NCBI GenBank assembly: GCA_016720935.1
Contig: JADKJP010000005.1
Location: 173,216 to 237,215 of the forward strand
Reading direction: 5' to 3'
Length of the DNA: 64,000 nt
From: Bacteroidota bacterium
GTDB taxonomy: Bacteria > Bacteroidota > Bacteroidia > AKYH767-A > 2013-40CM-41-45
Each line of letters begins with the position of its first letter. The first letter of the stretch is position 1. Below, piece by piece: positions 28,693 through 38,391 of this stretch. Made by a program: the position numbers and the translations under genes. The notes beneath the pieces are model-generated. The model made no database searches, was not told where the DNA came from, and saw only the letters and a list, made by a program, of their open reading frames with translations.

Positions 28693-29178
28693 ATGAACCT
28701 CAAAGACATTGAAAGTCTCATCAAATTTGTCCAGAGTAGCGGTGTGAGTGAAGTCAGTCTTGAACAGAAGGATTTCAAAATTACTATCAAGACTACTCAT
28801 GGCGCAGTAATGCATGCCGCTCCGGCTGCACCCGCTCACCATGTTGTTCATGCACCGGTTCATACACCGGCTGCTGCTGCACCGGCTCCTGTCGCGGCAC
28901 CACCTGCTGAAAAAGCAAAAAATGCCGAAGAATCAAATTACATCACCATCAAGTCTCCGATGATCGGTACGTTTTATCGTACACCATCTCCCGACAAACC
29001 GGTATTTGTAAATGTTGGAGATGAAATCAAGCCGGGAAAAGTGCTGTGCATCATTGAAGCGATGAAATTGTTCAATGAAATCGAATCTGAAATCGGCGGA
29101 CGCATCGTAAAGGTTTTGGTCGACAATGCAACTCCTGTAGAATACGATCAGCCATTATTCCTGGTAGATCCTTCCTGA
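28693..29178 (+). CDS. accB: Acetyl-CoA carboxylase biotin carboxyl carrier protein
   Basis: 'MNLKDIESLIKFVQSSGVSEV', an Ala/Pro linker, and the biotinyl-lysine motif 'EAMKLFN'. The start was chosen at 28693, giving 161 aa; alternative upstream ATGs exist at 28636 and 28558. Confidence 0.85.
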   Translation: MNLKDIESLIKFVQSSGVSEVSLEQKDFKITIKTTHGAVMHAAPAAPAHHVVHAPVHTPAAAAPAPVAAPPAEKAKNAEESNYITIKSPMIGTFYRTPSPDKPVFVNVGDEIKPGKVLCIIEAMKLFNEIESEIGGRIVKVLVDNATPVEYDQPLFLVDPS

Positions 29179-29252
29179 GCCGGTTCAATCGATTAGCATC
29201 ATTCATTGCTCCGGACCAGCATTCCGGAAATGTTTTAGAATCCTGATTTACT

Positions 29253-30593
29253 ATGTTTAAAAAGATATTGATCGCCAATCGTGGCGAGATTGCACTCCGC
29301 ATTATCCGTACCTGTAAGGAAATGGGCATCAGTACGGTTGCAGTATACAGTACAGCCGACAGGGAAAGTTTGCATGTTCGTTTCGCGGATGAAGCGGTGT
29401 GCATTGGCCCGCCACCGAGTCGTGATTCTTATCTCAATATCCCGAGAATAATGGCCGCAGCGGAAATTACCAATGCGGATGCCATCCATCCGGGCTATGG
29501 TTTTCTCTCTGAGAATTCCAAGTTCAGCGCGATTTGTGCCGAGCACGGAGTGAAATTTATCGGAGCCACTCCTGATCAGATCGATCAGATGGGAGATAAA
29601 TCAAATGCAAAGGAGACAATGAAAAAAGCCGGTGTCCCTACTATTCCGGGAAGCGACGGACTACTTTCTGATCTCAAAACAGGATTGAAAATCGCCAAAC
29701 AAATCGGTTACCCGATTATCCTGAAAGCTACTGCCGGTGGTGGTGGCCGCGGGATGCGTATCGTTTGGAAACCGGAAGATTTTGAAGCAGCCTGGGAATC
29801 CGCACGCCAGGAAGCCGGTGCCGCATTTGGTAACGACGGAATGTATCTCGAAAAATACATCGAAGAACCACGTCATATCGAAATACAAATTGCAGGTGAC
29901 CAATATGGAAAAGCTTGTCACCTCAGTGAGCGTGACTGTTCAATTCAACGTCGTCACCAAAAACTGATGGAAGAAACTCCTTCACCTTTCATGACTCCTG
30001 AGTTGCGGGAAAAAATGGGTGAAGCCGCTATCGCCGCCGCACTCGCTGTGAAATACGAAGGTGTTGGTACGGTAGAATTCCTCGTCGACAAACACCGCAA
30101 TTTCTATTTCATGGAAATGAATACGCGGATTCAGGTAGAACATCCGATCACGGAAGAAGTCATCAACTACGATCTGATCAAGGAGCAAATAAAAATCGCG
30201 GCGGGAATTCCAATCACCGGAAAAAATTACTTCCCGAATCTCCATGCGATCGAATGCCGCATCAACGCGGAAGATCCATACAATAATTTCCGTCCATCTC
30301 CCGGCAAAATCACCACACTGCACGTTCCAGGCGGACATGGTGTACGTGTTGACTCACACATTTACGCGGGCTATGTGATTCCTTCCAATTACGATTCCAT
30401 GATCGCGAAACTGATCACTGTCGCACAAACGCGCGAAGAAGCGATCAATACCATGGAACGCGCGCTAAGCGAATTTGTCGTTGAAGGCGTAAAAACAACG
30501 ATCCCTTTTCACCAGCAACTGATGCGTAACGAAGATTTCCGCAATGGAAATTATACGACGAAGTTTTTGGAGACGTTTAAACTTGAAGAATAG
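29253..30593 (+). CDS. accC: Acetyl-CoA carboxylase biotin carboxylase subunit
   Basis: '[11 protein letters not shown]', an ATP-grasp domain and '[14 protein letters not shown]'. 446 aa. Confidence 0.95.
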   Translation: MFKKILIANRGEIALRIIRTCKEMGISTVAVYSTADRESLHVRFADEAVCIGPPPSRDSYLNIPRIMAAAEITNADAIHPGYGFLSENSKFSAICAEHGVKFIGATPDQIDQMGDKSNAKETMKKAGVPTIPGSDGLLSDLKTGLKIAKQIGYPIILKATAGGGGRGMRIVWKPEDFEAAWESARQEAGAAFGNDGMYLEKYIEEPRHIEIQIAGDQYGKACHLSERDCSIQRRHQKLMEETPSPFMTPELREKMGEAAIAAALAVKYEGVGTVEFLVDKHRNFYFMEMNTRIQVEHPITEEVINYDLIKEQIKIAAGIPITGKNYFPNLHAIECRINAEDPYNNFRPSPGKITTLHVPGGHGVRVDSHIYAGYVIPSNYDSMIAKLITVAQTREEAINTMERALSEFVVEGVKTTIPFHQQLMRNEDFRNGNYTTKFLETFKLEE

Positions 30594-30730
30594 GTTCTGG
30601 GCTTCGAGTTTTAGGTATTAGTTTTTTTATTGGGAAAATGGGCATTAAAATGTTAACAGCATTTTATTGAAGCGCCAGCTCCCAAGCACTAACCACTAAA
30701 CACTAACCACCAACCACCAACCACCAACAA
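30594..30730. repeat. Intergenic word-stutter repeat block
   Basis: 'ggttctgggcttcgagttttagg' ... 'ctaaccactaaacactaaccaccaaccaccaaccaccaacaac'. Confidence 0.7.
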
Positions 30731-32584
30731 CTAATACCCCTGATACTCCCTATAAATCTCCTGAATAAAAGCCTGTCCGCGGTGGAGTGATTGTTTCAGG
30801 AGTGTGCTATCGGGATTCGGGCTTTGGAGAATGAGGTCTTTTCGATTGTACGAATACACGAGCCAGTTTTTTTCTTCGATCCAGCCCAGAACATGTTCCA
30901 TCTGGAAATAAGCGAAGTTTGTTGCTTCAGGAGCCATTAAATTTTTACTCCAGTGAAATTCACTTGCATCCAGACCGAGTTGCGGTAAAAGTGTAGCAGG
31001 TAAATCCTGATGTCCTCCCAGTTTGGTGATCTGGATTCCACGATACTCTGGTTTGATGGGTTCACCAAACAAGAGCATCGGAATATGCCGACTATTTGGA
31101 TACAAATCATTCCGGTGTTTCGGTAACAAATGCCCGTGATCGGCAACGAGGACGAAGAGTGTATTCGCGTACCAGGATTCTTTTTTCGCTTTCCTGAAAA
31201 ACTCGCCGATACACGCGTCTGTATATGCAGCGGAGTTTCTGAATTTATTCGCTTCATCATTTCCGGGAAAACGTACCGGTCCGGGTACATCAAAAGGCTC
31301 GTGATTGCTCAGCGTCATGGTCACCGAGAAAAAAGGTTGTTTCACATGGGAGAGATCGCTCAATTGTTTGTTGAACACATGTTCATCAAAGATTCCCCAT
31401 TTTCCTGAAGGAGTAGCTTTGTCAAAATCCTGTTGCTCGAGGATGACATCAAAACCCTGATTGATGCAATAGACATTGAGATTTGAGAAATTACTTTCTC
31501 CTCCGTAATAAAATGAAGTTGTATAACCGTTCTTTTCGAAAACTTTTGGCAGCGAAGGAAGTCTGACCGATTTCTCAGATGAACGCATGATCGAATGATA
31601 CGGAGTTGCCGGCCATCCGTTCAATACTGATACAATACCCTGATCCGTTCGCGCTCCGCTGGAATAAATATTGGAAAAGGAAACACCTTCGCTCATCAGT
31701 TGTTCGATCACCGGAGAAATTCCAGATTCTCCACCCAAAGAAGCGACAACATCAGCAGTATGACTTTCGAGAATGAAAATGACAATATTGGGATGTTCGA
31801 CAGAAAGTATTTTTGGAAATGAATCTGCATTTGAACGATACAAATTTTTAAGAATTTCCTCCGCTTCTTTTTCGGGCATTGTTTCGAAAGGATTTTCATC
31901 CGTGAGTCCGGCTGCACGAACATCATATGCGAGATGCCAGACCGGATTGATCGCGACCTGGTTGAGGAATTGTTTTTTGGAATAATACACAAGGCTTTCA
32001 TTCATCGGCAACATTTGCCATCCTCCACGGATACCGAGGATAAGCAATCCCGCCATCCCGACGAGAAATATCGCCTTTTTTGCCGGCAGATTTTTGACCT
32101 GTCCTTCAAGATCCACATTGTTTAATTTCCGGAGAATGAAAATTTGCAATCCCAACAAAAGCGCGATTGTAAGTAGCACCAGGACCAATTGCAATGTGCT
32201 TAGTGATACAAATATTTCTTTGGGATCGGAGAGATAAGTCAACGCTCTGTAATTAATCAGGCTACCCCAAAAATGAAAAAGCAAGATGTTGCCGATACAA
32301 ATTAAAGTCAGCAGCACAGCGATGATTAGATGATATACAAAGCTGATCTTTTTGAAAACTGTATTTCGAAAAGGAAAGAGACAAAACAAAACCGGAAGAA
32401 CCAGCAGATATGAAAGTACTGAGAGGTCCATCCTGGCTCCGTGAAGGAATCCCGGAAGAATTTCCGTTAGCGCCAATTCACCCTGGTTTCTTTGATTGAA
32501 AATAAAAAAGCAAAATCTCCAGAATGCAAAAAGGATCACATAATAACATGTGATCCTTAGAATATATTGAAGTTGTTTATTCAC
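30731..32584 (-). CDS. LTA-synthase family membrane protein (alkaline-phosphatase/sulfatase superfamily; phosphoglycerol- or phosphoethanolamine-transferase-like)
   Basis: Five N-terminal TM helices, then a sulfatase-type domain ('ILESHTADV', 'LVADHG'). Confidence 0.7.
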   Translation of the reverse strand: MNKQLQYILRITCYYVILFAFWRFCFFIFNQRNQGELALTEILPGFLHGARMDLSVLSYLLVLPVLFCLFPFRNTVFKKISFVYHLIIAVLLTLICIGNILLFHFWGSLINYRALTYLSDPKEIFVSLSTLQLVLVLLTIALLLGLQIFILRKLNNVDLEGQVKNLPAKKAIFLVGMAGLLILGIRGGWQMLPMNESLVYYSKKQFLNQVAINPVWHLAYDVRAAGLTDENPFETMPEKEAEEILKNLYRSNADSFPKILSVEHPNIVIFILESHTADVVASLGGESGISPVIEQLMSEGVSFSNIYSSGARTDQGIVSVLNGWPATPYHSIMRSSEKSVRLPSLPKVFEKNGYTTSFYYGGESNFSNLNVYCINQGFDVILEQQDFDKATPSGKWGIFDEHVFNKQLSDLSHVKQPFFSVTMTLSNHEPFDVPGPVRFPGNDEANKFRNSAAYTDACIGEFFRKAKKESWYANTLFVLVADHGHLLPKHRNDLYPNSRHIPMLLFGEPIKPEYRGIQITKLGGHQDLPATLLPQLGLDASEFHWSKNLMAPEATNFAYFQMEHVLGWIEEKNWLVYSYNRKDLILQSPNPDSTLLKQSLHRGQAFIQEIYREYQGY

Positions 32585-32612
32585 GAGCCGGGAGAATTTA
32601 TCCGGCCTGAAT

Positions 32613-34973
32613 TTATTCTTTGACTAATCGAGTCTTTTGAATTTCCAAACCGTTCTCCAAAGTTACGAAATAGACTCCTTTGATAAAGGAATCCAGGCTA
32701 ATTGGAAGACGATTTACTCCTTCGTGGAGATCAACCTTCTTTGACAATACAACCTGCCCCTGTGAATTAAAAATCTGCACTACGGCTGTGCCTTCAGTTT
32801 CAGTACTGAATACAACATCCATATTGTCCTTCGCAGGATTGGGTTGAACAATGAAGATATTTGATTTGGATTCAAAGCGAACCGGAACAATTTCAGAATA
32901 ACTGAATTTTCCGTCATAATCTGTTTGTTTCAATCGGTAATAGGACAACCCTTTTGAAGGTTCACCATCAATCGTTGAATAAACTTTTGTTTGGGTACTA
33001 TTACCGGCTCCATCTACCATTCCGATGGCCTGGAAATCGATTCCATTTTTGCTGCGCTCAATAGTGAAATAGTCATTGTTTGTTTCTGTCGCGGTTGTCC
33101 AGCTGAGTTTCACCATGCTGTTATCCGGTTTCGCGCTGAAGCTCAACAATTCTATTGGCAATGGTGTTACAGAACAATCGAGTGAAGCGCCATTGGTGAG
33201 GAGCCAGTTCAAGGAGAAACCGCTACCACCGGGACTCCATTTACTTACTACGAGTTGATAGGTTTCCCCTGTAGTCACTCCCAGTTCATTTGTCCAGCCA
33301 TTACCACAGGCATCTTCGCTATTATCGGATCCGCTGTTGTTCACTCCGCAGGCATTTGTATTTGTACTCAAATTAGACGCAGAGTTCATCCCGGTATTTG
33401 GAAAGGCTGCCCAATTGCCGGCATAGGAACAACGAATCGGGGATCCAAGTGAACCACAAGTTGGGTTTGGTCCAAAGAGCGCGAAGTCATAATCATCAGC
33501 AGTGGTATTCGGTGCGATTGTGAATCCTAATTTACCTCCGGATTGAATTTTGATGGTATACCAGTTGGTATAATTTTCTGTTGGTACACATGCACCGGAG
33601 AGGTCTGATGACAAACCAGGACCGGTACTTGCATCCGTAATTGCCTGGTTACTACAAATACCTGTTGAATTGGCGCAGTCACTATTGTCTGTACCATTCG
33701 GTCCTGCTGCATATGGAACACAATCGAAAGTTGCGACCCATCCTGCACGATTCGTGCTTGAATTGGAATTAAAACGAACTGTGATACATCCGCTTTGATC
33801 AGTAGAAATATACGGACCGAGACCAACAGACATACAAGCCTGGTAAGTGTTCACCGGTCCGCCAAACCATGCCGACCCCCCGTTAAATTGAGGGCTATTT
33901 TGAGTTGCACCGTTTAGAATTTCCAGATAATCATTCGGAATGCCAAAGGTGGTAGTGTTATCAGTATAAAAAGACCAGAACTGCATGCGCAATGCTGTGC
34001 CGGGTTGATCCGGACAGAAGGTACGATAGATTCCATTTACATTGTTCGAATAGTTTCCGCCGGTTCCGCCATCATCGGTAAATGTACCGGAACAAGTATT
34101 AACCATATTGGAACCAACATACGTTCCCAACATTCCCGTTGTTGGCGCAGTATAGGTTGCCACACCTGCCGGTGCTGTCGGACATGGAACACAGGAAATA
34201 ATCGCGCTCCAACCTGCTCGCGTAGTACTGGCATCTGATTTAAAACGAAAGGTAAGACAACCGGTGGTAGAAATAATTGTCGGAGGCAATGTTGTTCCAC
34301 TGTACACTCCGATTCGTGTAGCAGCTGTAGATGCTCCATCAAAAATTGTCAGCGAATCTCTGCCTGCTTGAGTATTGAATGACGTAAATACAAACATGAG
34401 ACAGTTTCCTGAGTTTGAACAGAACGTTTCTACTAAAGTCTGGTTATTTGCATAAGTTCCACCGGAACCTCCCGAATCAAAAAAGAGGCCGGAACAAGTA
34501 TTCACCGTGAGACCATTGGTCATGTTGTAATTCCCACTGCAGGAAACACAGGAAAGTGTTACAGCCCATCCGCTGCGTGTATTACTTCCATTGGAAACAA
34601 ATTTGAATGTGAGACAACCACTGGAAGAAGTCAGAGCCGGCGGCAGCGTACTTCCTGAAAAAGTTCCCAATACTGGATAAGTATTATTAGGTCCGTCGTA
34701 AACGGTAAGGATATCATTTCCGCCTTGTGTTCTGAAGGCTGTGAAAGTCGCTACTATGCATGTAGATGCATTGGAACAAAAGCTTATGGTGTAATTCTCG
34801 TTGTTCGCATAATTACCTCCGGAACCTCCGGAATCATAAAACGTACCTCCGCAGGTGCTCACAGTAGTATTGTTGGATGCCGCGTTTAGAAGATAGGTCT
34901 GAGCATTTGTTGTTCCGGTGAACACCAATAACAATACAGAACAGATCAATAAATTGTAAAATAACTTTTTCAT
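32613..34973 (-). CDS. T9SS-sorted secreted protein with about 4 tandem CUB-like domains and a type-A CTD
   Basis: Signal peptide. Repeated roughly 110-aa units 'TCSGxFxDsGGsGGxYaNN...fCSN...CL...F.sF.Tq.G.D.LtiyDG.......G.ysGt..PP...SssGCLTF.F.SD.S..r.GW.A.isC' with CUB-like spacing. C-terminal '...KGVYFVTLENGLEIQKTRLVKE'. Confidence 0.6.
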   Translation of the reverse strand: MKKLFYNLLICSVLLLVFTGTTNAQTYLLNAASNNTTVSTCGGTFYDSGGSGGNYANNENYTISFCSNASTCIVATFTAFRTQGGNDILTVYDGPNNTYPVLGTFSGSTLPPALTSSSGCLTFKFVSNGSNTRSGWAVTLSCVSCSGNYNMTNGLTVNTCSGLFFDSGGSGGTYANNQTLVETFCSNSGNCLMFVFTSFNTQAGRDSLTIFDGASTAATRIGVYSGTTLPPTIISTTGCLTFRFKSDASTTRAGWSAIISCVPCPTAPAGVATYTAPTTGMLGTYVGSNMVNTCSGTFTDDGGTGGNYSNNVNGIYRTFCPDQPGTALRMQFWSFYTDNTTTFGIPNDYLEILNGATQNSPQFNGGSAWFGGPVNTYQACMSVGLGPYISTDQSGCITVRFNSNSSTNRAGWVATFDCVPYAAGPNGTDNSDCANSTGICSNQAITDASTGPGLSSDLSGACVPTENYTNWYTIKIQSGGKLGFTIAPNTTADDYDFALFGPNPTCGSLGSPIRCSYAGNWAAFPNTGMNSASNLSTNTNACGVNNSGSDNSEDACGNGWTNELGVTTGETYQLVVSKWSPGGSGFSLNWLLTNGASLDCSVTPLPIELLSFSAKPDNSMVKLSWTTATETNNDYFTIERSKNGIDFQAIGMVDGAGNSTQTKVYSTIDGEPSKGLSYYRLKQTDYDGKFSYSEIVPVRFESKSNIFIVQPNPAKDNMDVVFSTETEGTAVVQIFNSQGQVVLSKKVDLHEGVNRLPISLDSFIKGVYFVTLENGLEIQKTRLVKE

Positions 34974-35355
34974 TGGCCTTCAATCTTTAGAATAAACACA
35001 GATCTCTTTTGGGGCATGAAGAGAGTTCTTTGCTTATTCTTTTTTAGTTAAAAGGCTTGAATTAGTTGAGATGAAATGAAGCAAAATCCTACATCAGTGA
35101 CTAGGATTCTATCTTGTCAATTTCTTGAAAAACATCTCATTTTTCACAAACAGATGGTACAAAGATGGAAATGAATGGACAAAAACGATGGATTCTCTTC
35201 ATTTTTGTGTTTCTGTTTTTATACCGCTCATCCTTCATTTTTCGAAATTGGTTAAGCGGCATAACCAATTCTAATGCAGGTTATTCGTCTATTATTTTCG
35301 GAAACCTGAATAAGATTGGTATACAAGTCTTTTAACTGGTAGAGTTTACACATTT

Positions 35356-35514
35356 AAAATCCCGAAGGGATGAAATTATTATAGAACATACAGTTTCGCG
35401 TCATTCCAAAAGCCCGAAGGGCTGACATGTTCACCGAAGTCATGTCAGCCCTTCGGGCTTTTGGATTCAAGGAGTTTGCTTTTTTCTATAATAATTTCAT
35501 CCCTTCGGGATTTT
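35356..35514. mobile_element. MITE-like structured element: perfect 29-bp terminal inverted repeats enclosing a perfect 24-bp-stem hairpin
   Basis: Terminal inverted repeats 'AAAATCCCGAAGGGATGAAATTATTATAG' at 35356-35384 and its exact reverse complement at 35486-35514. Internal hairpin 'CCAAAAGCCCGAAGGGCTGACATG' at 35406-35429 and its exact complement at 35441-35464, with an 11-nt loop. Confidence 0.6.
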
Positions 35515-35884
35515 CGAAAAATGGAAATCCGGATGATTCAGTCCTTTTTGCCTTATTAGTAAAAAGGCCTTTCAACATGAGGACTCCTATGTGAACGGGA
35601 GGTTTTTTTGAATTTTGAATCGATCATTTTTTTTCACCAATCAACAACAAAATCAATGCACGTTTTGAATAAGAAAAAATATTTAGTAGCGAAAAAATTA
35701 GCAATCTAACCCCGGGCGTAGCGAGGTTACGAGCGAAGCACGGGAAAGGCGGAATTGAAGTGTAAAAAAATATCGTTCCAAAAAACCTTATCATTCTTTG
35801 CTTCAACAGCGCTAAATATTTTTCTCAAACTGCGTGATGTTTTAAATCTCTCCATGCATCACACATCCAAGAGTACCATCAATC

Positions 35885-38218
35885 TCAGTGATGCACCAAC
35901 CTAGAAACACGATGGCTCTGATTGTCATCCAATATAACTATGTATACTCCCTTTGGTAAACCGGAAATATCAATCTGTGTTTTGTTCATTCCCGGATTGG
36001 CGATGACTGTTTCTTTGAGACAAGAAATTCCTTCAGTACTTAGAATCTGCAGATTGTAATTGGTCCGTTCACCGGAACTAAAGATCAATGACACTTCATT
36101 ACCGGCAGGGTTTGGTTGCAAATAAAAAATGTCATTCTTCTCGCTGAAGTCAACCGGGACTTTTTCGGAGTACGAGAATTTACCGTCAAAATCAGTTTGC
36201 TTCAATCGATAATATGAGATGCCCTGGAATGGTTTTTCATCCACCGTTTCGTAGTTCTTCACCACAGTAGTTGTTCCGGCACCATCTACCATTTGAACTG
36301 GTTCAAAATCTGTTCCGTCAGCGCTTCTTTCGGTGGTAAAATACTGGTTGTTGATTTCTGAAGCAGTAGTCCAGTTCAGCCTGACAATTTTTGATTCGGC
36401 ATTCGCCTGGAAAGAAATCAATTCGACAGGAAGCACACTGCAATTCAGTGATGCGCCTCCGGTGAGTGTCCAGTCGAGTGTAAACCCGCTACCTCCCGGA
36501 GACCATTTGTTCACGAGCAAATAAAAATTCTGGCCGACACTTACTGCCATTTCGTTCACCCAGCCATTTCCGCAAACATCTTCCGATACATCCGAGCCGT
36601 TGTTTGGTAGTCCGCAAATAGCGGTATTTGTTGCCAAATTGTTCGCGTTATTCATTCCGGTATTTCCGGTGTTGGAAGCATAAGAACAACGAACAGGAGC
36701 TCCGAGTGCTCCGCAGCTGTTGCTTTGATACATCGCGAAATCATAATCATCTGCACCGACATTCGGTACAATTGTCAACCCAAGATTTCCTCCTGTACTC
36801 ACAGTAATTTTATACCAGTTGCTGAAATTTTCACTGAGGACACATCCGTTTCCTCCATCGGAAATAATTCCCGGTCCTGTACTTGCATCGGAAAAACTCT
36901 GATCCGTACAAACCGGAGATCCAATCAGGCAATCACTGTTGTCTGTACCATTCGGACCATTCGCGCAGGGAACACAATCAAACGTGGTGACCCAACCCGA
37001 ACTGACCACACTAGCATCAGAGAAGAATTCAAATGTCAGACAGCCACTTTGATCCGTAGAGGTGTAAGGTCCGATTCCTGCACCCATACAGGCTGAGTAT
37101 GTTGTGAGTGGTCCGCCCCACCAGGCTCCAAGAATTGGACTTCCCTGAGTCGGGCCATTTCTGATGGCGAGGTAATCGATTCCGAGTTCAGTTCCAAAAG
37201 AATAAAATTGCGCACGCAAACATTTGCCTGCCTGATTCGGACAAAATGTTCGGTAATAACCCTGGTCACTGAACAAACTACTTGTTCCAATATTGTTGGA
37301 ATAATTTCCGGCAATACCACCATTGTCGGTATAAGTTCCGCCACAGGTGTTCACCATATTATTTCCAACATAGGTATTTTGCAAACCAACTGTCGGGTGA
37401 GTATAGGTTGCTGTACCTGCAGGCGCGCTCGGACAAATTTCACAGGTGATAATCGCCTGCCAGCCGGCATCGACAAGATTTGCATTGGATGTAAAGTTCA
37501 CAGTCAGACAACCTGAGGACGACAACATGGTGGGAGGCAAAGTTGTTCCTGAATAAGTTCCAATCAGTGGTGATGCGACACTGTTACCATTGTATACTGT
37601 GAGGTTATCACCGGTACGTAATGCAAAAGACGTAAACTGAATTTGCAAGCAAGATCCCGGTGTGGAAGAGCAAAATGTTTTTGTGAAATTCTGGTTGTTC
37701 GCGTAATTGGCTGCGCTTCCACCGCCATCGAAAAACAATCCTCCGCAGGTATTCACTGCAGTATTGTTATTCATCAGGTAGCTGGTACCACATGCACCAC
37801 AGGAAATAGTCGCGGCCCAACCGGAGCGAACGGTGCTTCCGTTTGAAACAAAATTAAATGTCAGACAACCGCTTGAAGCGGTGATCGAACCGGGAGATGT
37901 TGTTCCTGAAAAAACACCTATCACCGGCGATGCCGTAGTTGGTCCGTCGTAAATCGTGAGCAAATCATTTCCTCCCTGAGTACGGAATGCGGTGAAATTT
38001 ACCGTCAAACAGTTTCCGGCATTGGAGCAAAACGATTGTGTGATATTGGTATTGTTGGCATAATTTCCTGCTGCACCACCCGGATCATAAAATGTCCCGC
38101 TACATGTATTAATGGTACCATTCGCCATGTTGTATGTCTGAGCATACAAATGGGAATCAGCGAAGATTGCCAGTAATATAAAGATCAACACGACCTTTAG
38201 AGTATGAGGGTAACTCAT
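35885..38218 (-). CDS. T9SS-sorted secreted protein with tandem CUB-like domains (paralog of 32613-34973)
   Basis: Same architecture and repeat consensus as the neighbouring gene. C-terminal CTD '...KGVYIVILDDNQSHRVSRLVHH'. Confidence 0.6.
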   Translation of the reverse strand: MSYPHTLKVVLIFILLAIFADSHLYAQTYNMANGTINTCSGTFYDPGGAAGNYANNTNITQSFCSNAGNCLTVNFTAFRTQGGNDLLTIYDGPTTASPVIGVFSGTTSPGSITASSGCLTFNFVSNGSTVRSGWAATISCGACGTSYLMNNNTAVNTCGGLFFDGGGSAANYANNQNFTKTFCSSTPGSCLQIQFTSFALRTGDNLTVYNGNSVASPLIGTYSGTTLPPTMLSSSGCLTVNFTSNANLVDAGWQAIITCEICPSAPAGTATYTHPTVGLQNTYVGNNMVNTCGGTYTDNGGIAGNYSNNIGTSSLFSDQGYYRTFCPNQAGKCLRAQFYSFGTELGIDYLAIRNGPTQGSPILGAWWGGPLTTYSACMGAGIGPYTSTDQSGCLTFEFFSDASVVSSGWVTTFDCVPCANGPNGTDNSDCLIGSPVCTDQSFSDASTGPGIISDGGNGCVLSENFSNWYKITVSTGGNLGLTIVPNVGADDYDFAMYQSNSCGALGAPVRCSYASNTGNTGMNNANNLATNTAICGLPNNGSDVSEDVCGNGWVNEMAVSVGQNFYLLVNKWSPGGSGFTLDWTLTGGASLNCSVLPVELISFQANAESKIVRLNWTTASEINNQYFTTERSADGTDFEPVQMVDGAGTTTVVKNYETVDEKPFQGISYYRLKQTDFDGKFSYSEKVPVDFSEKNDIFYLQPNPAGNEVSLIFSSGERTNYNLQILSTEGISCLKETVIANPGMNKTQIDISGLPKGVYIVILDDNQSHRVSRLVHH

Positions 38219-38391
38219 TGGGTCTCCTTTCTTCTTTAAAATTTCTCAGAATAAAAGCTGAATACTTCTATCTATTTGGATAATAAAATTAGTTTAATCC
38301 TAGGGTAAGGTAAATTTTAAATTGTTAAGAAAATCGTTTGTTTGGTAAACGGCGGAAAAGATGGGGTGAAAATCAGCGACGGATGCGGCTT

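Noticed and set aside
28501-28863. 120-aa minus-strand ORF overlapping the accB 5' region
   Set aside because: It is antisense to the accB start region and has no support.
35624-35806. 60-aa minus-strand ORF in the spacer between the CUB-like paralogs
   Set aside because: It is short, without motifs, in an AT-rich spacer. It is more likely promoter or UTR sequence of the downstream T9SS gene.
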